NCBI GenBank assembly: GCA_012295275.1
Contig: CM022667.1
Location: 21,762,001-21,826,000 of the forward strand
From: Chrysomallon squamiferum
Lineage: Eukaryota; Animalia; Mollusca
DNA length: 64,000 nucleotides
Reading direction: 5' to 3'
Positions 50,301 to 64,000 of the stretch are shown piece by piece. Position numbers and translations under genes: made by a program. Each line of letters opens with the position of its first letter. The stretch's first letter is position 1. The notes beneath the pieces are model-generated. The model ran no database searches and was not told the DNA's origin. It was given only the letters and a program-made list of their open reading frames with translations.

Positions 50301-53300
50301 ATCAACCTATGTGGCTTCCTTTAGATACGTTGTAAATCATAGTTGACGTGTTTATGTCATTGTCATCACCCCCAGCTACACACAAAGATGAAAATAAAAA
50401 CAGTCAGAACACTGAATCAACTCAGGAGTCTCAACATACTACACACTATACAAACAACAAAACAAACAAAAATAATAATAATAACAAAAAAGTTGGAAAT
50501 AAACCATCTGAATTTAAAAATATAAAAATAAAGGATGAATAAAAGGTCAATGAAGCATATCCTCAGTCTGTCCTGGGCTGATGTTTATAATCTCTTTCAG
50601 CTGCAAGTCTAAAACCTTTCGTCTTAAAGCCGTTTTTAGAAAAAACTTAAATTATCTGTAATATATCAACCTGAAAGCAAGTACGAATAACTCAGATAAT
50701 TAGAATTCTATCCCAGTTGTTTCAATACATTTGAAGATGGACGATGTTTAAAACGGGTTGCAAGCCAGATTACCAACCCTCTTTTTACAAAATTTTATTT
50801 TTATTATAAAATGTTTTTAAATATTTAAAACTTACGTTCTATACAGCGACAGCCCATTCTGAGTGCTCTGGCGTACGGTTCCACGCTGGAATCACTGTTT
50901 AGCTGATTTCCTGTCAAATATCTAAAAAATAAATAAAAGAAAAATATAAAACAATAGTACAAACTAACAATTTGAGATATTTTATGAAAAGGAAATAATC
51001 AATTTAACAGGACATTTATAGTAACTATTAGTAGTAATAACAGAAGTAGAAGTATAGAAAAAATAGTAGTAGTAGCAGTAGTTTTGTTGCTGCTTCTTTT
51101 ATTAATATTGTATTTTCATTATTGCTGTTTTTACTGTCGTTGTTGTCATTGACACGTGCACTGAACAAAGATGTTACTAACGTGTTGTGCGAGGATGCTA
51201 TCCAGTAATCACAGAGAGGCTGGGTCATGTCCTCACACACACAGTTCTGTGCTGGGTCCCACAAACAATTGTTTGTTGAGAATAAATAATCCAGAAACTG
51301 AAATTCAACAGAAGCTGTTAGTTAATAGATCTATTACATTTACCATTTAAATCTGCAGCACAGAATTAACCAACGTGTAACGTCAAATTAAATTTGTCTG
51401 GCACAGCTTTTTTACCGCAAAAGGTTATTTTCTTTTAAAATTAAAATTTAAAATGAAATATCTATAAAGGTTTATATTATAGCAGCAAAATCAATACTTT
51501 TCATGCCTCTATTAATTAAGCATTTGCAACAAGTCTGTAAGAAAAATACAGTAAACGATTAGTCTGAAATAAAAGCTGTACAGAAAACATGGCACATATT
51601 GCAACACGTTAACCAGTTGGTTACTTCCACTTTACTTTGATAGTTCAAGTTCCAGGTCTGACATAATTTCATCAAGTACATACTAGACCGTGAAACTCTA
51701 CAGTAAATAAATCTATTTAGAGTTACTTTAGAAATATAATCACCTCTGACTCAGTGACGTTGATCCCACTGGCCACTCTAGGTACCTCGTCCACGAGTTC
51801 CTTCATCATCTTCTTACAACCTTCAACTGTTACGTCTTTTTCCAGTAACTGAAGTTATAACATTAACCACTATTTGCAGGTAAATGCGCATCTATCTATC
51901 TATCTATCTATCTATATATATATATTAAATGTAATGTATTTCAATACTTAAAAATAGGAATATAGGAATATAGGAATATCTTCTTTTTTTTTTTAAATAA
52001 TAAAAAATATAATAATTACATATAAAAAACATTATATATATATCAAGATTGACCTTTTGTTCATTTTTCAAAAAATATGCCATATCTTCTGGATACATTT
52101 TCCTGTAAAAAAAAAAGAAGCACATATACAATGCATCGTCAGTAATATGTTTATTTATTTATTTATTTACTTTGCAGGGTGAAGTACTTTATATATATAT
52201 GTATCTTTTTACATTTAAACACGGTATAAAAAGGATAAAATGAAATTTCTCTCTCTCTCTCTCTATGCAATATACTCTACTGTTGTATATAAATAAAAAT
52301 CTCTGTGTGCGTGCATCTGTATGTGTATATAAGATATTCTACTATTTTACATAAACTATACCTCTGTGTACATGTGTGTGTGAGAGATATTCTACTATTT
52401 TACATAAACTATACCTGTCTATGTATGTGAGATATTCTACTATTTTACATAAACTATACCTCTGTGTACGTGTGTGTGTGAGATATTCTACTATTTTACA
52501 TAAACTATACCGCTGTCTGTGTGAAATAGTCTATTTTACATAAACTATACCTCTGTGTGAGATATTCTACTATTTTACATAAACTATACCTCTATCTATG
52601 TGTGTATGCGTATGTGTGTGTGAGATATTCTATTTTACATAAACTATACCTGTGTATATGTTTGTGTGAGATATTCTACTATTTTACATAAACTATACCT
52701 CTATGTATGTGAGAGATATTCTACTATTTTACATAAACTATACCTGTCTATGTGTACGTGTGATATTCTATTTTACATAAACTATACCTCTGTCTATGTG
52801 TGTATATGTGAGAGATATTCTACTATTTTACATAAACTATATCTCTATGTGTGTGTGTGAGAGATATTCTATTTTACATAAACTATACCTGTCTGTGTGT
52901 GAGATAATCTATTTTACATAAACTATACCTCTGTCTATGTGTATATGTGAGAGATATTCTACTATTTTACATAAACTATACCTCTATGTGTGTGAGATAT
53001 TCTACTATTTTACATAAACTATACCTCTGTCTATGTGTGTGTGAGATATTCTACTATTTTACATAAACTATACCTCTGTCTATGTGTATGTATGGGTGAG
53101 AGATATTCTACTATTTTACATAAACTATACCTCTGTCTATGTGTGTGAGATATTCTACTATTTTACATAAACTATACCTCTCTGTGTAATCCATTTCTGT
53201 GTTAGCTAAATCACCTCCCAGGTACTCTGTGAAATATTTTAATATCAACTGAAAAACAGGAGAATTTGTTTATTTTATTAATTTTAGGCCTACATCTGCC

Positions 53301-54573
53301 ATAAGCACCACAGTGATATAATAATAATAATAATAATAGGAAAACAAATTATAATTAAAAATAATTAAAATATACGCCTTGAAAAGGTGGTATTTAAACT
53401 GTTCCTACCAGTGACAAGGCTAAAATGATATCAATTGTGAACTGCGAAAAAATAATAACAACAGCAACAAATCAAAATTTGAATACAGTCTATGGGAATA
53501 AATAAATAAATAAATAACAATAATAATAATAAATAAACATTAGTGACATCTATATACCGAAAATCAGGATGCCTTAAGTTTACTGAATTTTCTCTATATT
53601 CGAATCCTTCTGTCTTTAAATATTAATTATAACGTCTTCTTTTTTTCTTTCTTTTTTTTATGACTGCTGTAAATTCACGAACTCAGAAGGATATTTGAGT
53701 TTGTTTAACAACATGTCCAGCAAGTGGAACTAGCTCTAAATACTGAAATAAAACAACCAAAATAACTGAAGATAAAACATTATTGCCAGCGTATGAAGAG
53801 CGGAAGTGTTCCTCAAATGAGTTTCCGTAACTCGTTTTAATAGAGCAGATTCGGAAACATTACAATGAAGATATAATAATATTCTTATTATCTTTCTTTC
53901 TTCGTCTGGCTTTTGTGAAATTACAGCATCATAAATAAATAAAAACTCCAAATACAATAAAATATTAGTATTAACTACTTTATTTCTGTCTTCTCTTTTT
54001 AAACGCTTTTCGCTGTTTGAACAACTATCATGACTACACATATGTATTAATATATCTCTTTTGTGTTGTTTTTGCTTTCAAATACGTACATAAACAGTCT
54101 CTCTCCTCTTTCTCTGTACCTCTTTTAATATATGTCACTGCCTTTCATTTTATACATATCCCATCATCAGTTTTTATTATTATTATTTTTTTCTTTTCTT
54201 TTGTATTACTTGTTTCACCACTCCTATGTCGGAGATTATCCAGATGAAAGTCACTTAATTTAATTAGTAAATTATGATAATAGGGTCACAAATAAATAAA
54301 TAAATACTAACTTCATTTTTGTGCATGATGTTTTTGTACAGAGAGAAAAACTCGTGACTCTCTATACTGTTAATATGCAGCATCTGAAATATTAATAGTG
54401 AAGATGTGCTAATCATGATTACGACGATGATGATGACGACGATGACAGCAACATAACAACACAACAACAATTACAATAATAGCAAACCAACAACAACAAT
54501 AATAATGTAATAAAGACGGTAATAATGATTTTGTTGATTTTTTCTCGTGTTTATTTATATAATAATAATAATA

Positions 54574-54614
<41 letters not shown>

Positions 54615-54651
54615 TTTATTATTATTTATTTATTTATTTATTATTTTACAT

Positions 54652-54717
<66 letters not shown>

Positions 54718-57584
54718 TTGACATGACGATGATGAGACTACTGTGGTTGACAAACTTACCTTACACAAAGACTTGAGCTCTTTGGTACTAATACTGTAAC
54801 TGACAGTGGCAAGCCAGGATCTGAACTCCGCCAGTGAAATACTTTGCTGTTCTTCGTTCTTCAAAATACTGTAAAACTGACGCCACAACCAGCTGAAAAG
54901 AAAACGCGAGATTTTTTATTTATTCGTTCATTTGTTGCATTCTTTGTTTCTCTTGTAATTGTTTGTTGTTACTGATGTTATTAAGAGTAGTACTATTTGT
55001 TTATATATATGCTATAACCGTATGTGTGTGTGTGTATGCGTGTGTGTGTGTGACGAAAGCTTGTTATTAAATTTTGTACATAGAATATTGACCCCTGAAC
55101 GATTACATATGAAATAATATGAAAATCTGAAAAATCTATATATCAATGTACTGTTCCATCAATTAAAAAAAAAAAAAAATAAAATAAAATAAAATAAATA
55201 ATAATATAAACAATAACAATAATAATAATAATAATAGTAATACAAAATAAAATAAAATAGTAAATGAATGAATAGATAAATAAGAAATAATAATAAAAAT
55301 AATAATAATAATAATAGTAATAATAATAATAAAGAAAAATAAAAAGAAAAAATAGGAAAAAATAAGAAAGAAAAAAACAAGAAGAAGAAAACATAAAGAT
55401 ATAAACAATAATAACAACAATGGCAATGATGATATTTATGGTATCCTAGCTGACCTTTCTTTTTGTTCTTGGTATGAAGCATGTTTTGTTCTGTTTACTA
55501 GATGTTGTAAACCTTCTGAAAGTATTTGATGTGTAGCTTTATCTTTAGCTGAAAATAAATATAAAATAACCATTGATATATCAGTTTATTTATCCATTCT
55601 AGCTATCTAAATTTAACCATTATCAGCAGCAATCTTACATTAACAGAAACAATAACGAATGTTATTTCTTACAACATGTGAGTACATGTTCATTTAGTGA
55701 GGGGTGGAAATCTGTTTTTGTAGGTTTAGGTGTGTGTCCATGTGTTGTGCATTGTGTATGTGAGCAAGTGTTTATGTGTCTTTGTATGGCTGTCTGTTCT
55801 GAGGGCACTCTGGTTGTTGGTAAAGGTACTTATACATTTTCATTTTTATTGTTCAGTAATTTTCACTGTAAGTAACTTACTAAATATGAGTCTGCATTTA
55901 CTTGGGTTTTGGGGTTTTTTTTTAACAGTATTACTACTGGTTTAGTGAGTTATACTAACCTGCAAGTGAAAGAGTAGACAGATTAAACTCCATTCCATAC
56001 AGAATAACCAAACACAGATTTTCGTCAACTCTGCTTGCCTCGTCGGCCCATCTCTCAAAATCTGCGCTTTGACGACCATGACGAATTTCTTTCACAGACG
56101 CCAAGGGAACTTGGAAGACAACAGATTATAAAAATTATATCATTACACAAAGACAGGCAGTATATTTTATATGATTTCTTTTGCATATTTATTTATGATT
56201 CTGTGTCTTTATTTATAGCTTGTATATTTTTTTGTGTGTGTGTTTGTAGTCATATGTGCTTATTTATAGTTTTATGCATTTATATACATTTATATATAAA
56301 TTTAAAACACACACACACATACACACAAACAAACAAAAAGATTTATATTAATTCGGTTTATCTATGCAGTTATTTTTGTTGTTTTTTATAGGTATCTCTT
56401 ATGTGTTTGATATTCAGTTCATTGCCAGATTTTAACATCAAATTCCTTTCTCTTTCTTCAATCAAAGTAAGCATGATCGTTTCATTTTTTATTTTATATA
56501 GGGTTCTCTTCTATCATACAGTGTCTTACAGCTGAGTGATGCTGTATGTCTGCTTTACGTAACGCTTTTGTATAACACATGTGTGAATGCATGAAAGCAG
56601 GGCAATTGCTCATCAGACAGTACCTCACTGGACAGCATCGCACCGGAAAATTGCTCAGAAGTAAAATGAGAAATAGGACCATTATTAAACATCCTCTCTT
56701 TATCAAGTAAGAATTAGTTTTATTGCCCTATTCTCCTCAGTATTATGCCATTTATGAATTAATAATTCATTCTATGCAGTTCAGTTTAACTGAATACAGT
56801 ATTACTGCTTATAAATATTTATAAATATGAATAATATTACTGAATGGGCTAATAATACACTCAGAGATGTTAATAATGTAACCGAGAGATGGTATCCGAG
56901 TAAAATAATGACCATATAAATATGCGGATTAATAACAAAATGTGAACTTCTCATAAAAATATTTCCTAACAGGAAACCCCATAACTGCTGTTTGTTGAAT
57001 ATTTAATAAGTTTGTCAGGTAATATAATAGTATTCATAATAATTTTAAAAAAATAATAATAATAAAATAAATAAATCATTTTAAAAATTACAATACAAGG
57101 GTATAAAAATTAAATAAATAATCCGATCAAAATACATTTACATACAAAAACGGAGACCCATACATTCATAATTACGTAACACAAATTCCCACGCAGCCAC
57201 AAATGTTGACACACAATCTGATATACACATAAACTCTCACACAGATACAGATTATTGCATATGTCAAAAAAGAGAAAGGTAGCGGATCCAGGAAGAAGCT
57301 ACTTTATTGTTTAGATAAAATGTAAGCTTTGTACTATCGGATAACACGACATTAAACAAGAAATATCTCAACCTATCTGGATAAGAGTCCACATAGAAAC
57401 TATAACCAGATCCACACTCGAATACCCCTTCTCCAGTATAGTTTTCAATGTTGTCTTTTCAGAAATGTTGGTTTAACTCAATATGACCAGCATACCGTAA
57501 CAGACACAGGACAGTGCACGCTGTACTGAATAGACATATTTCTTTGACATGATTCCACGTTCATTTTTGATTATAATAATAATT

Positions 57585-57620
<36 letters not shown>

Positions 57621-58061
57621 ATATAAAGTTTATAAAATGAATTTCAAGAGTAGTTCATTATATGCGAATGAATTCTTTTCTTTTCTATACTTCTATTTAT
57701 TTTTATATTTTTATATTTATTTAATTTACACACACCCACACACATATATATGTATACTTTTAAAAAAAAAACATTTTGAAAAGAAAAAATATTCTTTATA
57801 AAGTGTTCATTACAAAAAAGTTAATAAATAAACTGAAATGTTTAAAATATGAATAAAATGGCAGTAAAAAAGCAAATATTTTATCGGTTGAAAATAGATG
57901 CTTTGTAGCAAATTTAATTTTTAGTGAGAGAGAGAAAGAGATTGGTGAAAATTTGTTATTCTGTTTACAACCACAAAGAAACATTTCTCTTCAATATACA
58001 TGAACAACTTTGTTTGTCACCAAATATTAATTAACACACACACACACCACACCACACCACA

Positions 58062-58102
<41 letters not shown>

Positions 58103-59337
58103 TTTAATACTAACATATCCAATATAGCATGCTGCTTGGTTAAAAGACAACACTGACACATACTGAGAAGTACAACCTATAATAGTATTTACACAGAGCA
58201 GTGTGTTAACAGTTCAGCAATGAAACATGATATAAAAGCTTGAGCTTAGCGTGTGCTTTTTATTATTTATTATTAATTTTTTTTTAAATGTGTTACTGCA
58301 ATGTTAAATGAAGTATTTTGTATGTATGTATGTGTGCATGTGTGTTTTGTGTATTATGTATGTACGTATGCATGTATTTGTGTATCTTTGTATGCATGCG
58401 TTTGTGTATGTTTGTGTATGTTTGTGTGTTTGTGTATGTTTGTGTGTGTTTGTGTTTGTATGTTTGTTTCTGTGTGAGTGTGTGTGAGACGGAGAGAGAG
58501 GAAATTTGTGTTCTACAGAGCAAGCAGTTTGACTCAATGTTTGATATTAAATTACATTGCAGTGGTGATACTGAACAAGGAAGTGAGTTGACTATTGATA
58601 GACAGTTTGTAGTGAGTCAGTCAACTGAAGGAGAGTCCTAACAGCAACTACCTCCAGAGGAAATCTGACACCCTGATTCAGGCTATTCTTTATAACCTCA
58701 TAAATATATATATACATATAAATAAATACTAGAATTTTCATTCTTTCTTTCTTGTTTTATTTATTTATATCTGTCTTCCTTTTAAAAGAACATTCCACTT
58801 TTATAATAAAATTTTGTAGTAATAACATTTTATATTATAATGTGCATGCCTAATCTATAAATCAGCAGCAGAAGCCTAAATTCAAGAAAGCTGGCCTACA
58901 TTGTTAATTTATTTTTGTTGTATTTGATATTTACATTTAGTAGGATTAAGCCAGTATATTTATAAACATACATATAAGAAACATTTCTCAAGACTCGATA
59001 GCAGTGAATTAAAGCGATACTGAAGGAAGTATTTTCTCTTCAATACCTTGTACTTTCTACCCATTACACATAGATAAATCCAGACTAAGCATTTGCTGGA
59101 TTAAACAAATATTTCAGAGGTAAATTAAGATTTTTAATTGGCAAGCTTACCTTTGACAACAGGTCTGCTTCCCTCAGCACGCACACAGATCAAATCTTTG
59201 CTCTCTAGAATCACCTTTAAAGCAAGATTCTCTGGTTTTTTCCTAAGACAGAACACTGACACTACAACTCCAGCCTCCAAGTGTCTTAGCTGAAGATCAG
59301 GTCCACGTAGACCATAGTAAGCTTCCTGACCAGCCAT
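36991..59337 (-). CDS. PLCG: 1-phosphatidylinositol 4,5-bisphosphate phosphodiesterase gamma (phospholipase C-gamma), 33 coding exons, ~1229 aa
   Basis: Exons: 59337-59151, 56109-55960, 55548-55455, 54892-54760, 54383-54312, 53248-53178, 52102-52054, 51848-51744, 51297-51182, 50921-50836, 49077-48954, 48611-48526, 48215-48133, 47909-47873, 47096-47044, 46670-46560, 44866-44700, 44509-44327, 43733-43617, 43292-43112, 42709-42647, 42343-42240, 41884-41760, 41447-41296, 41014-40918, 40733-40643, 40153-39983, 39392-39290, 38992-38869, 38653-38498, 38210-38122, 37549-37383, 37033-36991. Total 3690 nt open. The order PH-EF-X-splitPH-SH2-SH2-SH3-splitPH-Y-C2 is diagnostic of PLC-gamma. Confidence 0.95.
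38122..41014 (-). CDS. PLCG: PLC-gamma Y box and C2 domain (exons 25-31)
   Basis: ELSNLVIYC...MSSFSE...LSRVYPK...NYDP...[13 protein letters not shown]...GYILKP; C2 NGLNPVW...[11 protein letters not shown]...GFRSVPL. Confidence 0.96.
41760..44866 (-). CDS. PLCG: PLC-gamma SH2-SH2-SH3 array (exons 17-23)
   Basis: nSH2 WYHG...DGTYLVR...YTLSF...VNHCRI; cSH2 WFF...DGRFLIR...YSLSFR; SH3 VRALYDF...LSFKRGAII...WWVGD...FPANYVE. Confidence 0.95.
44875..46476. repeat. 21-23-bp minisatellite (~1.6 kb) filling PLC-gamma intron 16
   Basis: Unit ~CAGTGTATACTTTCACTATTACA with length variants. It explains the [10 protein letters not shown]-repeat ORFs. Confidence 0.96.
47356..47870. repeat. Three copies of a ~70-bp block separated by GT-rich microsatellite
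   Basis: TCAGTGTTAGTTGTGAAGT..GAGGAAGGTAAAACATTAAAA..ATCAATAAAAACAAAATACT near 47440, 47660 and 47806. Confidence 0.88.
48133..51297 (-). CDS. PLCG: PLC-gamma catalytic X box (exons 9-13)
   Basis: [24 protein letters not shown]...[18 protein letters not shown]...KHG...[10 protein letters not shown]...[14 protein letters not shown]. Confidence 0.97.
52330..53182. repeat. ~45-55-bp minisatellite (about 18 copies) in PLC-gamma intron 6
   Basis: Constant core GAGATATTCTACTATTTTACATAAACTATACCT plus a variable (GT)-rich spacer. Confidence 0.95.
54653..54714. repeat. (AG)n microsatellite
   Basis: Direct reading. Confidence 0.95.
55455..59337 (-). CDS. PLCG: PLC-gamma N-terminal PH domain (exons 1-3)
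   Basis: [17 protein letters not shown]...[17 protein letters not shown]...[18 protein letters not shown]. Confidence 0.9.
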
Positions 59338-62300
59338 GCTAGATTATTTCATTACCTTTATTTAGCAGACAAAATACTTGGACACTACTGTTACGTCTAC
59401 TCTGCTGCCTGGCTAGCCGGGAGAGACACCAAATAACGTACACTTGACCTCTGACCCACTTTGCTTCTATTATCTAGGCATTGTAGTTAGGCCCATGTCA
59501 TCTTACATCCTTGTTTTTCACTGTGCTGTGTTGTTTATCTCAGATTTCATTTATTTACAAAGATTGTGAACTTGTTTTTATTTTATTTATTCCATGGTTA
59601 AGTGGTTTTGTAATTTCCACTCAAGCTGGAAGTCAATGATACACAACTTGATGAACACCAATGATTTAGCATTTCTAGATAATCCTTCAGTAATTATTAA
59701 AGCTGTTTATTAAATTATATATATATATATATATAAAATTTAAATATATATATATATATATATATAGATAGATATAGATATATATAGATACATTTGTATG
59801 GATTCAGTGTATTTTGATCAGTGGCTGTATGATGTTGTAGAGTGACCTAATGAAATGACACTGGCAGGTGCCACTTCCTGGCTACTACTTTTCAAGGAAT
59901 TTTGTTTTAACCTATCACAAGAATACATGGTCAGGCAGGTTCAGTAGTATGTTAATGTGATACAAACAGCACAATTTAAAAATGGATCACCAGTTTCACT
60001 GCTACTAAAATTTATGTTAAAAGTAAATAACAATTTAATAAAATACAACAACATTTTGTCCATAATGATTTATTAGTGAAGTGTTTACACACATAGATGT
60101 TAAATATAAAAATATCAGTACCCTTACCCCAGTTCCTGAATCAGTTTACTCTTTTTCAATTATTAAGGAGAAACATTTACTAGTTTATATTTGCTAACCC
60201 TACAAAATACTTTCTATTTACTAAAGACCCAGGCAGACACTACATGCATCAGAAAAGGTATCTTAAAAACATACAATATCTGACATTGTTATGCAATTAA
60301 AAATTATGAACGGACCAGCTCCTAACTGATACTTCCAGACAATTTTAAATGACTGTAGATATTAATGATCAGAAGCTGTTCTGTTCCAAATTTGTTCTAG
60401 TTTATTCTTTTATTCTTCTTTCAGTTACATAAAAGGTTGAAGATCCATTCTTTAATATATAGTAATCAAAACAGGACAACAAAATGTATGTATGTAAGGC
60501 ATGAACGCAAACATAAAAACATGTTAATCTCTGTTCTGAAAGCAAGGAAGGAGACAGATGGAGTATTAATAATACAGACAGTTGTTAGCATTTGTTATAA
60601 AAATATATGTAAACTGACAAGATATGTTGTTGGAAATGCTTCCAAAAGATTAAACTGGACAACAAAGAAAGATTTATTATAAACATTAGTCTGCTTACCA
60701 CATCCAGTATCAAAATAGATTTTTAAAAACCATCCAAAGATTTAAAAGTTTAACCCCAAAAAACAAACAATAAAAAGAAGAAGAAATTAATTAGTTTCTT
60801 AAGTTTCATTAACTAAGCAATCTCTTAGCCACTAGAACTGTGTTAAAATTCTCAATAATACTTTTAAGTAAGTTAGCATGTAAATCTAATTTTTATCTTC
60901 TGTTCTTGATTATCATTTATTTACTTTAAAAGCTGATTTCATCTGTAACAAATACTGTAACAAAATTATTAAGAAATACTGCTGAAAATACAAAGTAAAC
61001 AAAAACAAAAAACATATAGAAACTATAAAACACGGTGCAAAAGGAGAAAAATACAATTTTATGATCCACTGAGTTCAGGGGAATAAATAAAAATTCTTCA
61101 GTAATTATTCTGAGTCTATTCTATTTCAAAATCTCATACAGGATTAAGAATTACAAGTAATCTTCAAGACTTTTAAACTATGAGTGCTATCAGCAGATTT
61201 CTACATTTATTTACAGGAACTAACAAAAGAGAAGAAAAATATTCATAAGTAATTAACTATATCCATTATTTCTAAACACCAATATCACTACTTATTAAAA
61301 AATAATTTTAACTTTAAAAAATGTCAATGTTTAACAACAGTATGAAACATGGTAAACAGGCAAACAGTTTAAGTAACATGCTTCAGGAATTCTTCCCTCT
61401 GTGTCATCTTGATTAACTAGTGCACAACCTTGATTGAATTTGTCACTTCACAACTAAATCAGTACAAGACAACTAAATCACAATTAAATTTTCTACTGAA
61501 TGAACAATTATATTCTTAGCCATGGATTTTATATATATATATTTCAGTGCTATTTCAATGCTATTTTGCATTGTAAGTATTAGATGTTTATTGGTTCTTG
61601 TTGTTTTACTATAGCTTATCTGCTTGGAGATTTTAATTTATTTTTTAGTGTTATTTTTTTTAATTTTTAAGTATTTTCATATCTAATTTTATGTTAAACA
61701 AACAGTATATTTTAACTAGTAACCGTAAAAATATTATAAGCAAAGCACCAGTGATCAATATATTTGACACTTTTTGATGAGTTTAAGAAATGTATCAGTC
61801 ATTTGTCCACTCAGAAACTGAGATGATGATGTCATTGAGAAAAACATTTAACATGAAGTAACAATGAAACCAAACCTAGCTGGTTGCAATACCTTGGTAG
61901 GAAAGAAATATTATGCACAACAAGCAACCAGTGAATATAACAAACAACTTGCTCATTTTAATAAACCCATTAAAATAACTATTCATAATTCTTCTTTGTA
62001 CATTCTTAAAAATAAACATTAAATAAAAAAATAAAAAAATATGCAAGAACTTTCACAAATATTTGAAACCTGAAATATTAAATCAACAAGAAAAATTGTA
62101 AAACCTATTAAATTAATCATAAACTTCTTTCTTTCTTTTTAAAAACATTTTCATTTTTATAAACTGATAACTGCATAGCAACACTATTAACATGTCAGTT
62201 AAAGAAATAGTCTTATGAACAAATGTTACTATAGAAACAATTCTGCCATTACTTGAAGTAACTTACTGAAAATATGAATACTGTTAAACAAAAACATTTA

Positions 62301-63636
62301 AAATTGGGAGAAATTATCCATTATTTTCAGTAATTTTCTATTCCTTTGACAAATTTGATGTTCCAAACCCAGCCATAAGCAAAATGGTAATTTACAGGGT
62401 GAAAAAAAGAAGAAACTCTGAAAAGATATTTTGAAATCTAGGTTAAATAACAAACACCAATATTGACACAATAAACATCTAACTATGATAACGGAGTATT
62501 TACATCTTGTAACCATACCCTACAATCCAAAAAATATACCAAATAACTCTGAAGGAAACAAAAACATCTGAACTGTTTCAGTTAGTAAAGTTATCTTTAG
62601 TTTTAGTCACTCTTTTCACCATAGCCGTAATCAATAAATATCTTAACAACCCTTGCAATTTCTTGGAACTACTATCAATGTCATGGATACAGCAAGGAAT
62701 TTTTGATTCAATAAATAATTCTTTCTAGAAATGGATTCTATTGTCTTTCATCATCATTTCTAAATATTTTCATCCATTAATACAAAGGAAACCTGTAACA
62801 GTAAATGCTATGAACATTTTTTTTTTTAATCATTCTTTTGTTATAATTTTTGTTCATTCTGGATGTCACTGTACCATAACAAATGTTATAAGAAATATAA
62901 TTCTGAATACATCTAATATACTTGTTCTGATACATCTTCAGAGTTCAAAATAAAACAGATTTAACCATTCTGATATATCTCAATACCACTGTTTTAACTG
63001 ACCATAAACTTTGATTAAGTTCTACATTACTCCTAAACTTGTCCAGTTTCATATGTGGCAGAAATATAACAATACTTAACATTGTCTGTCTGAATGTACA
63101 CTGTAATCTTATAGAAAAAAATCCTTTTTAGTTTTAGTTTCCATCAGACTCACTGCTTCAGACAACATACATTTATATACATAATAGGGAAATATATACG
63201 CATACACATACATTACAAAGAAAATAAATATTTACAAAATACTTTGTAGAATCAACAAATATTGGATTTGTTTTTTTCACTCCTGTGAATGACAGACAAG
63301 CTAGTTTTTGTTGTGCTGAGATTCGAGCATGCTCTGGTTGGACAAGCTTAAAGCACAACAGCCAATCAGAATGTGTTTCATTAAAATGAAACACACAAAA
63401 TTCTAAATTTTATTCTACCAGTATGGTTACAGACAAGGCAAGGCAACAACATGGAAGAATTAAATGCAAGTATTTTTGAAAAAACAAACATAAAATTAAT
63501 ATTTTGGTTGTTGTAGCCATTGTACTCATAAAAAAAATAATAAATAAATAAATAAATAAATAAAATGAAATAAAATAAAATAACCTTCACAAATGAATTA
63601 AATTTAATATACATTATTTTCAGTTTTTGAACAGAA

Positions 63637-63670
<34 letters not shown>

Positions 63671-64000
63671 CCTAACTCCAAAAATATCTACAATAATGCA
63701 ATATTAATGGAATTTTAGATAATAACATGATAAATTAAAGCCAACTCAGAAAAATCAATAAAACAAATTAAATTTAAAAAATCTAATGATGTTTTAAAGT
63801 TGATACAATAATTGGTTAGTAAGTTGTTAGGATAAATTACAGAAAGTAATATGGAAAAAAAACAACCCCAAAACAATGGTTGTGTATATTTATATATATA
63901 TATAATTTGGATTACATTTTCAAACTTTTGTGTAATTATGACAACCAAATAATAATTCAGGAGTTTAAAAATAATGTTGCTCATTTTGTACATTAAAGAA

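Noticed and set aside
52330-53182. Constant core plus variable spacer resembling CRISPR
   Set aside because: The spacers are (GT)-rich slippage variants of one another, and the array lies inside a spliceosomal intron.

Overview
AT-rich, intron-dense and microsatellite-rich eukaryotic (animal, probably invertebrate) genomic DNA. It is not prokaryotic, and nearly all ORFs in the supplied track are repeat artefacts or single exons. I reconstructed three spliced genes by hand from GT-AG sites and exon phase. (1) A + strand CUB-like/LDLa/transmembrane receptor-like gene (7958-17751; first coding exon not located). (2) A - strand 8-exon gene (30430-23638, ~542 aa) joining a long low-complexity N-terminus, a CIC/HBP1/BBX-like HMG box and a C-terminal MORC-type zf-CW histone-reader finger. 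This unusual architecture is the main finding, and the CW exons are invisible in the ORF track. (3) A complete but divergent - strand phospholipase C-gamma gene (59337-36991, 33 coding exons, ~1229 aa). The window also holds an internally deleted Tigger/pogo transposon with TIRs and TA TSD, a pogo-like remnant with a PHD finger, and several minisatellites, one of which is built from copies of a PLC-gamma splice donor. All coordinates and translations are manual and unverified by transcripts.
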